A stretch of 50,243 bases of DNA, from positions 1 to 50,243 of the forward strand of contig DIZH01000006.1 in NCBI GenBank assembly GCA_002429325.1, given 5' to 3'. Each line of letters starts with the position of its first letter. The stretch's first letter is position 1. A program made the translations under genes and the position numbers. The notes beneath the pieces were generated by a model. It was not told the origin of the DNA and did no database searches. It saw only the letters and a list, made by a program, of their open reading frames with translations. The stretch comes from Patescibacteria group bacterium UBA6033. Lineage in GTDB: Bacteria > Patescibacteriota > Minisyncoccia > Phycocordibacterales > Phycocordibacteraceae. Of the stretch, positions 29,071 to 37,466 are shown in pieces.

Positions 29071-31425
29071 ATGCCTTTGTCGCTGTATTTTTCAATGCGC
29101 CAATTTCAAGCTATTGCAGACATTATTTCTCGAAATGTCCTTCTCCTTATTAATGGAATTATTCTTTCCGTCGTCATTCTTCTCACTATTTTTGGCGGCA
29201 CTCAAGAAGGGCTCTTTCTTGGAGGAATCACTGTTTTAAATATCATCATTGGTTGTGTTCAGGAAATCAGTTCGTGGGTAACGCTCGAGAAGCTGCAATT
29301 ACTCGCAGTCCCGAAAGTAGTCAGAATAAACACTGACAACACTGAGACAGTCATTCTTGTAGATGACATAAAGGCGAAGGACCGTATTAAGCTCAAAACG
29401 GGAGATCAGATTCCTTGTGATGGAATGCTGCTCACCTCGCACGGATTTGAGGTAAATGAAGCGCTTATTACCGGCGAATCGGCTGAATATTTAAAGAAGC
29501 CTGGCGATAGCATATCTGCGGGTAGCATCATCACAGCTGGAGCCGGTATCTTACAGGTGGAAAAGATATTCGCCGAAAGCAGGATTGCGCTCATGACCAA
29601 AAGCGTCAAAAAGTACTCTCTCATCCAGAGTCCTATCCAATACTCACTCAATACTGTCATTAAATACATAGGCTACGTGCTGCTGCTCATTATTCTTTTT
29701 GTCGGAGGGCGTGGGTTACTGATTCACGAATCAACGATAGATATCATTCAAAGTATAGGTGCGCTTACAAGCCTCCTTCTTCCACAGGGCATGGTGCTGG
29801 TCGTCACACTTCTTTTCTCATATGGCGCATCCCACTTGTATCGCAAGAATGTGTTGCTCCAGGAGGTAAATGCTACAGAGAAACTTGGAAGAATCAAAAA
29901 TCTCTGCATGGATAAAACCGGTACGCTGACAGGCAACGAGCTTATTGTTGAGCAAGTGCATTATGCAGCGGGCGTGGATGAGGTCTACAGTGAGGAGTCT
30001 ATCGCTGCATATATTAAGATTACCGGAGATTCGTCTCAGACCATTGCTGCGCTTAAGAAAAGATACTCGAGCGAGTATTTGGGCACCATCATAGATGATC
30101 TCACGTTCTCCTCGTCGCGCCAATTCGGCGCGGTACATATTACCGATAAGCTCGGAGAGCGTGTCGTACTGGCGGGCGCGCCGGATATATTCTTGCCTCA
30201 TCTTAAAACTGAGCAAGATAAGGCATGGGTGCAGCACTATATAGACACTGAAGCGAAAATTGGTAAGCGACTTATTTGTTTTGTACAATCCAACATAAAT
30301 GAATTGCCGCATGATTTTTCCGGCATCACACTCACGGCTCTCTCACTCATAGTTATTAATGACAATCTTCGCGAAGGAGTTATCGAGGCAGTACAATTTT
30401 TCCAAGCGAGAGGCGTCACCATCAGGATTATCTCCGGAGACAATGCCGAGACCGTGCGGTCTGTGGCCATTGCTGCTGGTGTAGAAAATCCTCATGCGGT
30501 TATAACGGGTAATGAACTTGAGACATGGAGCGATGCAGATTTTCTGGAGAAGACCCCTACCTATACTATCTTCGCGAGAATAAAACCTGAACAAAAAGAG
30601 AGAATAATTGAGGCGCTCAAAGAAGATGGTTTTACCGCTATGATTGGGGACGGTGCAAACGACGCTCTCGCTATTAAGAAGGCTGATCTCGGTATCGCTA
30701 TGTTTGATGGAGCGCAGGCAACGCGGCAGATTGCTTCAGTTGTGTTGGTGAAGAATAGCTTTATCGACTTGCCGAATGGCGTGAGGCTTGCTGATAGCAT
30801 CATCCAAAATATCGAAATATGCGCGAGCATTTTCTTCAACGAAGTATTCCTCGGTTTTCTCTTTTTCATATTGCTGACTCTTTTCGGTTACTCGTTCCCA
30901 TTCACTCCGCTCAACATCGCGTTTCTTACCTACTTCACCATAGGTCTTCCATGCTCGCTCATTTTCTACTGGGTTATACGTCCGGTACACGAGCAGGTTC
31001 CGAAGTCGGAAGATTCTTTCTTGAAGCGAGTGATTCCTTTCGCTCTCACGTCGGCCATTCCTCAGGCGCTCGTTACTACCATTGCGTTCTATAGCAGTCT
31101 TGAGTATATAAAAATCCATGCACCGACAAGCGTCGTCGTACTCTCATTCATCATTGTCGGCGTTATATTCTTCATGTGCGCACCGAGCGTCTACAGCGGC
31201 CCAACACTGAGAACTCAGAAAAGACAATTCTATCTCCTTGTACTCGTCGAAGTCATCTCTGTGGTGGTGCTCATTAACATCCCGCTTATAGCTTCTTTCT
31301 ATAATCTTACCGTTCCGTCACTGCACAGTGTCATAGAGCTCGTGCCTCTCATCAGCCTTTACGCGGTTGTTCAGTATGGCATCGCAGGGTGGTTCCGAAA
31401 GAAGAAAGGGCAGTTTGCCTTCTAA
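29071..31425 (+). CDS. P-type cation-transporting ATPase
   Basis: TGES, DKTGTLT, ISGDN and GDGAND motifs; multiple TMs. Confidence 0.93.
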   Translation: MPLSLYFSMRQFQAIADIISRNVLLLINGIILSVVILLTIFGGTQEGLFLGGITVLNIIIGCVQEISSWVTLEKLQLLAVPKVVRINTDNTETVILVDDIKAKDRIKLKTGDQIPCDGMLLTSHGFEVNEALITGESAEYLKKPGDSISAGSIITAGAGILQVEKIFAESRIALMTKSVKKYSLIQSPIQYSLNTVIKYIGYVLLLIILFVGGRGLLIHESTIDIIQSIGALTSLLLPQGMVLVVTLLFSYGASHLYRKNVLLQEVNATEKLGRIKNLCMDKTGTLTGNELIVEQVHYAAGVDEVYSEESIAAYIKITGDSSQTIAALKKRYSSEYLGTIIDDLTFSSSRQFGAVHITDKLGERVVLAGAPDIFLPHLKTEQDKAWVQHYIDTEAKIGKRLICFVQSNINELPHDFSGITLTALSLIVINDNLREGVIEAVQFFQARGVTIRIISGDNAETVRSVAIAAGVENPHAVITGNELETWSDADFLEKTPTYTIFARIKPEQKERIIEALKEDGFTAMIGDGANDALAIKKADLGIAMFDGAQATRQIASVVLVKNSFIDLPNGVRLADSIIQNIEICASIFFNEVFLGFLFFILLTLFGYSFPFTPLNIAFLTYFTIGLPCSLIFYWVIRPVHEQVPKSEDSFLKRVIPFALTSAIPQALVTTIAFYSSLEYIKIHAPTSVVVLSFIIVGVIFFMCAPSVYSGPTLRTQKRQFYLLVLVEVISVVVLINIPLIASFYNLTVPSLHSVIELVPLISLYAVVQYGIAGWFRKKKGQFAF

Positions 31426-31531
31426 TATTCGGATGCATCAGCGGCCCGTCTATCAGGAATGGTAAATGGAACACCCAAAGTGTTATGAGTCTTCACGCTT
31501 TCTGACGACCCTGAGAGCACTGAATCTTGTT

Positions 31532-31605
31532 TGGCGGGCCCACCAGGAATCGGACCTGGACTGTCGGTTTTGGAGACCGATGTACTACCACTATACGATG
31601 GACCC
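31532..31605 (-). tRNA. tRNA-Trp(CCA)
   Basis: GGGTCCA/TGGGCCC, TCGGT-CT-CCA-AA-ACCGA, CCA end; T-loop reads TCCGATT. Confidence 0.9.
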
Positions 31606-31819
31606 GAAGTGAGGCAATGCGAATGAGTGTTCTCAATCATTCGCATTTGCCGAACGAGGGTTCATATCAGTGCAATCAACTGATATGGCCCGAAGGGGAG
31701 AGTAATCTCCCGAGAACAAGGGTTCATACGCCTACGTATGGACCCGTATGGCAACGATAGCAGATAAGGCACTGGGGGAAAAGCCATAGACCGGCATGCG
31801 GACGCGGTATGATATATTC

Positions 31820-32725
31820 ATGCGTTTCCGCACACCTCTCTTTGCTCTAGCATTTACCCTTGTCTCGTTCGCACTGCCGTATGCGGCGCACGCGTCGATA
31901 CCGTTCTTTGGGCCTATTGTTCCCAATTCTTCGACCTGTGCTGCGGGATGGGGAATGGTGATACTCGTCATCAACAACCTCATCAGCTTCCTTATCACCA
32001 TCGCAATCGTCTTTGTCGCGCCGCTTATGATTGCGTATGCTGGATTCCTTTTCGTAGTGAATCCGGTAAATTCGGGTGGCATCAGCAAGGCCAAAGGCAT
32101 TCTGCTCAATACCATCATCGGCATCGTGATTGCGCTCGCCGGTTACCTTATCGTCGATGCTCTTATGGCGGCGCTGTATAACCCGAACGCGGGTGCAGGT
32201 GGGTGGGCGCAAATTATTAACTGGAATGGCGACCAATGTCTTCCTCAGGCAGGGACCGAAGCTGGTGCAGGACTGACGCCGGGTGTGTCTCCACCAAGTA
32301 TTACTCCCGGAGGATTTCAACCCGGCAAAGCCCCGGGGCCTTGTGCAAGCAATAACACCGCGTGTAGCACAAGTGCAATACAACAAGGTGCACAAGCACT
32401 CAATATGAAACTCAGTGCTGCTCAGGCGGCCGCTCTGTCTTGTATTGCGATGACCGAGAGTACTGGAAATCCAGCTACTCCTAATAGCTCCACAGGTGCT
32501 TGTGGTACGTTCCAAATCACAACGAAACCTGGGAACTGGTCGATTCCTAGTTTGCATCAAGGTTCATGTAGTACATCGAGTTCCTGCAATGATGCCCAGT
32601 GTAATCTGCAAACGGCCTTGCTGCTCTACAATCAACGCGGCTACCAGCCATGGACAGGGAAGAATCCTGACGGAACTTATTGGAATCCAAACGCTGTAGC
32701 TTGTGTCCAACAGTATGGTACCTAA
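31820..32725 (+). CDS. Pilin-like membrane domain fused to a lysozyme/lytic-transglycosylase-like domain
   Basis: Signal peptide, IAYAGF...SKAKGILLNTIIG, then CIAMTESTG, GTFQI, CNLQTA, GYQPW; TATGAT 6 nt upstream of ATG 31820. Confidence 0.7.
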   Translation: MRFRTPLFALAFTLVSFALPYAAHASIPFFGPIVPNSSTCAAGWGMVILVINNLISFLITIAIVFVAPLMIAYAGFLFVVNPVNSGGISKAKGILLNTIIGIVIALAGYLIVDALMAALYNPNAGAGGWAQIINWNGDQCLPQAGTEAGAGLTPGVSPPSITPGGFQPGKAPGPCASNNTACSTSAIQQGAQALNMKLSAAQAAALSCIAMTESTGNPATPNSSTGACGTFQITTKPGNWSIPSLHQGSCSTSSSCNDAQCNLQTALLLYNQRGYQPWTGKNPDGTYWNPNAVACVQQYGT

Positions 32726-32734
32726 CAAAATGAT

Positions 32735-33358
32735 ATGAACAAAATTTGGTTTATAGGTACAGGAGCTATTGTAGCCGCAGGTCTTTTCGTGCTTGCCTAT
32801 TGGTTCACGAGTCCGCCGCCGCCGCCCACAACAAATACTCCCAATACTCCAAATATTTCTACCTCAAATACTTCGACGGTACAGCCGGGACTGGATACCG
32901 GATTACCCATCAGTTCAGGAGGAGGTCAAACTGCTGTCGCAACTTCTTCTGCTCAGGACACAGCTATGTCTGTCGCGGGTGCGAACGGTGTTTTCGTCCG
33001 AGTGACTAATTTTCTGAAAGACCCCGCTACCGTTCAAGACCCGATTAATGCCGGCCTATATTATCTTGGATACCATATAAATGAAGGTTTTCCCGATGCA
33101 ACTGCAACTGCTAATCCGCCGTACATTATCGAATACATAAGTGCAACACAATATTTCAGTATTGCGTTGTTGCAAGAACCGATAGGGACAGTGCGAGCAG
33201 TAGCAGAGCAATATCTTATCGAGCATCTCGGTATAACTCAGTCCCAAATGTGTCAACTTAATTACACGTTGAGTGTACCGAATAGCGTCAATTCACAGTA
33301 TGCTGGGAAAGATCTTGGATTTAGTTTCTGTCCTGGAGCGACGGTGTTGCCGCAGTAG
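32735..33358 (+). CDS. Hypothetical membrane-anchored extracellular protein
   Basis: N-terminal TM, Pro/Thr linker, C-terminal domain with two Cys. Confidence 0.75.
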   Translation: MNKIWFIGTGAIVAAGLFVLAYWFTSPPPPPTTNTPNTPNISTSNTSTVQPGLDTGLPISSGGGQTAVATSSAQDTAMSVAGANGVFVRVTNFLKDPATVQDPINAGLYYLGYHINEGFPDATATANPPYIIEYISATQYFSIALLQEPIGTVRAVAEQYLIEHLGITQSQMCQLNYTLSVPNSVNSQYAGKDLGFSFCPGATVLPQ

Positions 33359-34220
33359 TTTGCTCATCATGAAGCTTGCGGAGCCAGGCTTTCTGGCGAC
33401 GCGCATATTGCCATAGTTTGGCGGAGAGTATGGGGAGCAGAGACTCCTCAGTGCGCTCGTCGCGCAGATATTCGCCCACGATTTTATATTCGAGACCGAG
33501 TTCGTTGAGGCGCGCGTCCCCGACCTCTTCGCGTACGCGCCGAACTTCGTCGGTTAGTCCGCGAAGAAAGGCGTTCTCGAGCCGCACATCAATGCGCGTG
33601 CGTAGTTCTTCTCGTGGTGGGTCGATAACTATCCACTCAACCTCGTATCGTTTGGGAAAGTCAGACTTTCCCAAACCCTGGGAAAGTCTGACTTTCCCAG
33701 GACGAGTAGGGACATGTCCGAGGGAGGCAATGATCTCAAGCGCGCGGACGAGGCGGCGACGATTTTTCGGATCGAGTTCATCTGCGCGGCGCGGGTCCGA
33801 TGCACGAACTCTCGCATACAGTTCTTCATCAGTGAGTTTCTCTAATTCTTTGCGTAGCTTGGGATTCATATCCGTGCCCATAGGCAGACCGTTCAGTAAC
33901 GCATCAAAATAAAAATGAGTGCCGCCGGCCAGTATCGGCAACTTTCCGCGCGCGTGTATATCGGCAATCAGACGCGTCGCATCTTGTACGAAATCGCCTG
34001 CGGAATACGGCTCCAAAGGTGAGCGGATGTCGATGAGGTGGTGCGGGACGCCCTGCATTTCGCTCGCGAATATCTTCTCGGTGCCGATGTCGAGTCCGCG
34101 GTATACCTGGCGTGAGTCGACGGAAATGACCTCGCCACCGCGCTCTTGTGCCTCGGCCACCGCACGGGAAGATTTACCTGAGGCGGTCGGCCCAGCGATG
34201 AGCAGGATTTGTGTTGGCAT
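33321..34220 (-). CDS. miaA: tRNA dimethylallyltransferase
   Basis: GPTASGKS, DSRQVYRGLDIGT, HHLID, GGTHFY, RRLVRALE, YARRQ. Confidence 0.96.
   Translation of the reverse strand: MPTQILLIAGPTASGKSSRAVAEAQERGGEVISVDSRQVYRGLDIGTEKIFASEMQGVPHHLIDIRSPLEPYSAGDFVQDATRLIADIHARGKLPILAGGTHFYFDALLNGLPMGTDMNPKLRKELEKLTDEELYARVRASDPRRADELDPKNRRRLVRALEIIASLGHVPTRPGKVRLSQGLGKSDFPKRYEVEWIVIDPPREELRTRIDVRLENAFLRGLTDEVRRVREEVGDARLNELGLEYKIVGEYLRDERTEESLLPILSAKLWQYARRQKAWLRKLHDEQTTAATPSLQDRN
33650..33701. repeat. Tandem palindromes TGGGAAAGTC-W-GACTTTCCCA inside miaA
   Basis: Two adjacent perfect palindromes at 33650-33676 and 33677-33701. Confidence 0.85.
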
Positions 34221-34402
34221 CACTCGCGATGGTATCATAGCTCTCTCCTAACCTACACAACGTATGCCCGGTAGGTCAAAATGGCATCGTGCTTTTGCTC
34301 TCCTGTCGCGTATATGAGTTTAGGTGGAACAAGTATATGATGGAAGATATTATTCGAACGGCTAGCACAAAGAAGAGCTATGCCATTTAGTCCTAACCGG
34401 GT

Positions 34403-35062
34403 ATGAAAGACACAAAAAGCAACTACTGTGAGAACTGCGGTGAATTCCACGATTTCGTACACGACCATGTTTCTCTCGTGAAAGTGGGCGAGCCAGTGCC
34501 GGATTTCCAATTTGAGGTGTTCCATGAGGAAGCCATCAAAACCATGAGCTTGTCGCAGCTTCGCGGCAAGTGGGGCATTCTCGTATTCTATCCTGCCGAT
34601 TTCACGTTCGTCTGTCCGACTGAGCTCGAGGAGTTCGCCAAACTCTATCCGAAGTTCCAAGCGATAAATGCCGAGGTCATCTCCGTTTCCGTAGACACGG
34701 TCTTCGCACACAAGGCATGGCACGACACTTCAGCAGCTATTAAGCAGATTACCTATCCCATGGCCGCCGACCCGTCAGGGAAGCTTGCAGAGGCGTTTGG
34801 CGTGCTTATAGAAGGGAATGGACCAGAGCTCACTCCCGACGAAGGTCTCGCCATGCGCGGCACGTTCATTATCGATCCGACCGGTACGCTCCGCGCGATG
34901 GAGATCAACGACAACTCAATGGGCCGCAAGGCTGCAGAGACATTGCGCAAACTCCAGGCCGCGCAATACGTCGAGACGCATAAGGGCCAAGTGTGTCCTG
35001 CATCATGGGAACCGGGCAGCGATACGCTTGAACCGGGACTCGATTTGGTTGGTAAAATCTAG
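34403..35062 (+). CDS. ahpC: 2-Cys peroxiredoxin
   Basis: FYPADFTFVCPTE and VCPASW motifs. Confidence 0.93.
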   Translation: MKDTKSNYCENCGEFHDFVHDHVSLVKVGEPVPDFQFEVFHEEAIKTMSLSQLRGKWGILVFYPADFTFVCPTELEEFAKLYPKFQAINAEVISVSVDTVFAHKAWHDTSAAIKQITYPMAADPSGKLAEAFGVLIEGNGPELTPDEGLAMRGTFIIDPTGTLRAMEINDNSMGRKAAETLRKLQAAQYVETHKGQVCPASWEPGSDTLEPGLDLVGKI

Positions 35063-35063
35063 A

Positions 35064-35186
35064 GAACCCGTCCAGAATCCCCAGCTACTTCGTTACGGGC
35101 CCCATTGATTTCTTCCGTCGTACGGCAGTACGCCTCCAGAAATCAATTTCCCGTGCCTAGTACCTGGCGATTCCTGACTAGGGTTC
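35064..35186. repeat. ~123-bp structured intergenic repeat, copy 2
   Basis: GAACCC/GGGTTC closing stem; CTTCGTTACGGG, TTGATTT/AAATCAA, CGTAC/GTACG. Confidence 0.8.
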
Positions 35187-35195
35187 AGGAAAACA

Positions 35196-35231
35196 AAAAC
35201 CGCCGACGAACCAAACCGTCGGGCGGTTTTT
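35196..35231. terminator. Bidirectional terminator
   Basis: AAAAACCGCCGACG...CGTCGGGCGGTTTTT. Confidence 0.7.
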
Positions 35232-35250
35232 GTTCGTGAGCGGTTGGCGG

Positions 35251-35580
35251 TCAGACGCGCGTTTCCTCGTTCCCGTCCGCTGCGATCTCGTCAGCGATGT
35301 CGAGTATTTTGGTGTGCAGTTTGACTGGGCAGGTCTTGAAGATTGCCACCTCGTCCTGCTTCGTTCGTATTGCCACCAAAACCAATGTGGCTGAGACACC
35401 TAGGATGTAGAAGAAACCATCCCCTCTGTATGCCTGGTAGTGCGCGAAGCCCAGGCATTCTGCGATTACGATGTTGGAATCGTTCGGATCTCGAAGGCGA
35501 TAACGCTTCGTGACTTGTTCCAGTGTACCGTGCGCTGGCATGACAATCCTCGTGTGGTTGAAGACAATATCGTCTGGCAT
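35251..35580 (-). CDS. Hypothetical protein
   Basis: ~109 aa ORF ending at a terminator; start uncertain. Confidence 0.5.
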   Translation of the reverse strand: MPDDIVFNHTRIVMPAHGTLEQVTKRYRLRDPNDSNIVIAECLGFAHYQAYRGDGFFYILGVSATLVLVAIRTKQDEVAIFKTCPVKLHTKILDIADEIAADGNEETRV

Positions 35581-35633
35581 AGCTATACCACGATGTATGA
35601 AATGGCGCAAAATATGGTACTCTGCAATTTATT

Positions 35634-35717
35634 GCCGGAGTGGCGAAATGGTATACGCAAGGGATTCAAAACCCCTCGTCGAAAGACATGAGAGTTCAAG
35701 TCTCTCCTCCGGCACCA
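35634..35717 (+). tRNA. tRNA-Leu(CAA)
   Basis: GCCGGAG/CTCCGGC, TT-CAA-AA loop, GTC-GAAA-GAC variable arm, CCA end. Confidence 0.95.
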
Positions 35718-35913
35718 AATTAAAAAACCGCAGAAATGCGGTTTTTTCATTTTGTGCCGAGGGAGTATGACGCCTGCGCGTCATACGTGAGAGACTTGAA
35801 GGGCACAGGCATATCGCGTAACGATGCTGAGCCGGCGCCGAGAACGCTTAGCGAAATGCGAATACATGGAGCATTTTGGTTAGCAATTCGTGGCCTAGCT
35901 CTCCTCCGGCGCA
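35718..35913 (+). repeat. tRNA-tailing element of tRNA-Leu(CAA)
   Basis: TGCCGAGGG[hairpin]GAGAGACTTGAA antisense copy at 35755-35800; CGAGAACGCTTAG...TTCGTGGCC; 12-bp direct repeat at 35899-35910. Confidence 0.8.
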
Positions 35914-36034
35914 TCGGCCCTCTAGTTTTTGACTCAATTGTCTGGATGTGGGACATTATCCCTGTCACGGGATGATAAACCCTCTGACCTTGGTGGAATA
36001 GCACCACCAAGCACCGAACTTTCAAGGAGACAAA

Positions 36035-36220
36035 ATGTACTGGGCATGGGTATTCTTGTTTGCCGCTAATCCGGCTTTTCTCCTTCTAGGTATGTGTGAC
36101 GTGCTTGGTGGAGAAGCGAAACGGGCTGCAGATGATGTGGCTAATATGTACGGCGCCATACTCATCGTTGCGATTATTGTGGCAATTGTCGTTGGCGCAG
36201 GCTTTCTGATCTTTAGATAG
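36035..36220 (+). CDS. Small two-TM hypothetical protein
   Basis: AAGGAG SD and two hydrophobic segments. Confidence 0.55.
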   Translation: MYWAWVFLFAANPAFLLLGMCDVLGGEAKRAADDVANMYGAILIVAIIVAIVVGAGFLIFR

Positions 36221-36347
36221 GGGCTCGGCAGTCAGTTCAAGACTGTCGAGTAATTCAGTAAGAGCCCATTGCAGAACACTTTTTCTGCGTGGGCTTTCAC
36301 TTTTCAAGATATTTTTCAACAAGAATGAACATGCTATAATTTTTTCA

Positions 36348-37343
36348 ATGAAAGATGATGCGGCGTATGTCCCGACGAAATATGATTCTGTTTTTTGGAT
36401 TGACGTCGGGCGCATTGTGCCGAATCCCTATCAGCCGCGAAAAGAGTTCAGCGAAGAGGGTCTGAAATCGCTCGCAGAGAGTATTCGCCAGTACGGCGTC
36501 CTGCAGCCTTTGGTAGTCAGCCGTACGGAAGTGGAGAAAGCAGATGGAAGCGGTCTGGAGAGTCTTTATGAACTCGTCGCAGGCGAGCGCCGACTTCGTG
36601 CGAGCAAGCTTGCCGGCCTCAAGCAAGTGCCGGTCGTTATCCGCCAAGGAGACAGCAATCTCACGAAACTCGAATTGGCTATCATCGAGAATCTCCAGCG
36701 CGAAGATCTCAACGCTATTGATCGCGCAAAGGCGCTTCAGAAACTCATCGATGAGTTCGGCATCTCTCACGCCGAGTGCGCTGCAAAAATCGGCAAAAGC
36801 CGCGAGTATGTTTCGAACAGTCTCCGTCTCCTCTCGCTCCCGCAGCATATGCAGGACGCAATCGTGGCACGAGAAATCAGCGAGGGTCATGCCCGACCTC
36901 TGATGTCGCTCAATGACCGCCCCGAGGAGCGCGAGACGCTTTTCAAAGAAATAATTCTCAAGCGATTGCCGGTCCGACAAGCTGAACGAATAGCTCGTTC
37001 TATCGCGCAGGAGCGTGTGCACAAGCATCACCGGAAATCACTCGAGATGGTAGAGCTTGAGAAATCGCTCACCGAGACACTTGGTACACGAGTCATCATC
37101 GAGACCAATGCCGAGGGCGGCCGATTACTCATCGAGTTCTTCTCTCCAGACGACCTGCAGCAACTTGTCGATGTCCTCGCAGTTGAGCACGCATCTTCAC
37201 TGCAGGTAGAAGGGGTGGTGATAACATCACCAGTCATCTTCGCGAATACTACCCAGCTTTCGGATGACCCGATACCGGCAGCAGCGCCTGAAGAACGCGA
37301 TGCGGACGATGAACTATATTCAGTGAGCGGCTTCGCTGTCTGA
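36348..37343 (+). CDS. parB: ParB/Spo0J chromosome partitioning protein
   Basis: NPYQPR, GVLQPLVV, AGERRLRA, IIENLQREDL, HTH. Confidence 0.95.
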   Translation: MKDDAAYVPTKYDSVFWIDVGRIVPNPYQPRKEFSEEGLKSLAESIRQYGVLQPLVVSRTEVEKADGSGLESLYELVAGERRLRASKLAGLKQVPVVIRQGDSNLTKLELAIIENLQREDLNAIDRAKALQKLIDEFGISHAECAAKIGKSREYVSNSLRLLSLPQHMQDAIVAREISEGHARPLMSLNDRPEERETLFKEIILKRLPVRQAERIARSIAQERVHKHHRKSLEMVELEKSLTETLGTRVIIETNAEGGRLLIEFFSPDDLQQLVDVLAVEHASSLQVEGVVITSPVIFANTTQLSDDPIPAAAPEERDADDELYSVSGFAV

Positions 37344-37464
37344 AGCCATCCAATACTCTCATCTGCTTCGTTACGGGTCCCGTTGATTTCCTTCATCGTA
37401 CCCAAAGTACGCCTCCGTAAATCAACTTCCCGTGCCTCGCATCTGATGACTCTTGAACGGCTTC
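37342..37464. repeat. ~123-bp structured intergenic repeat, copy 3
   Basis: GAAGCC/GGCTTC closing stem and the same internal motifs as 35064-35186. Confidence 0.8.
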
Positions 37465-37466
37465 AG

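Noticed and set aside
23700-31531. Integrated genomic island ending at tRNA-Trp
   Set aside because: Part of the region looks more AT-rich, but I found no integrase and no distal copy of the tRNA-Trp 3' end.
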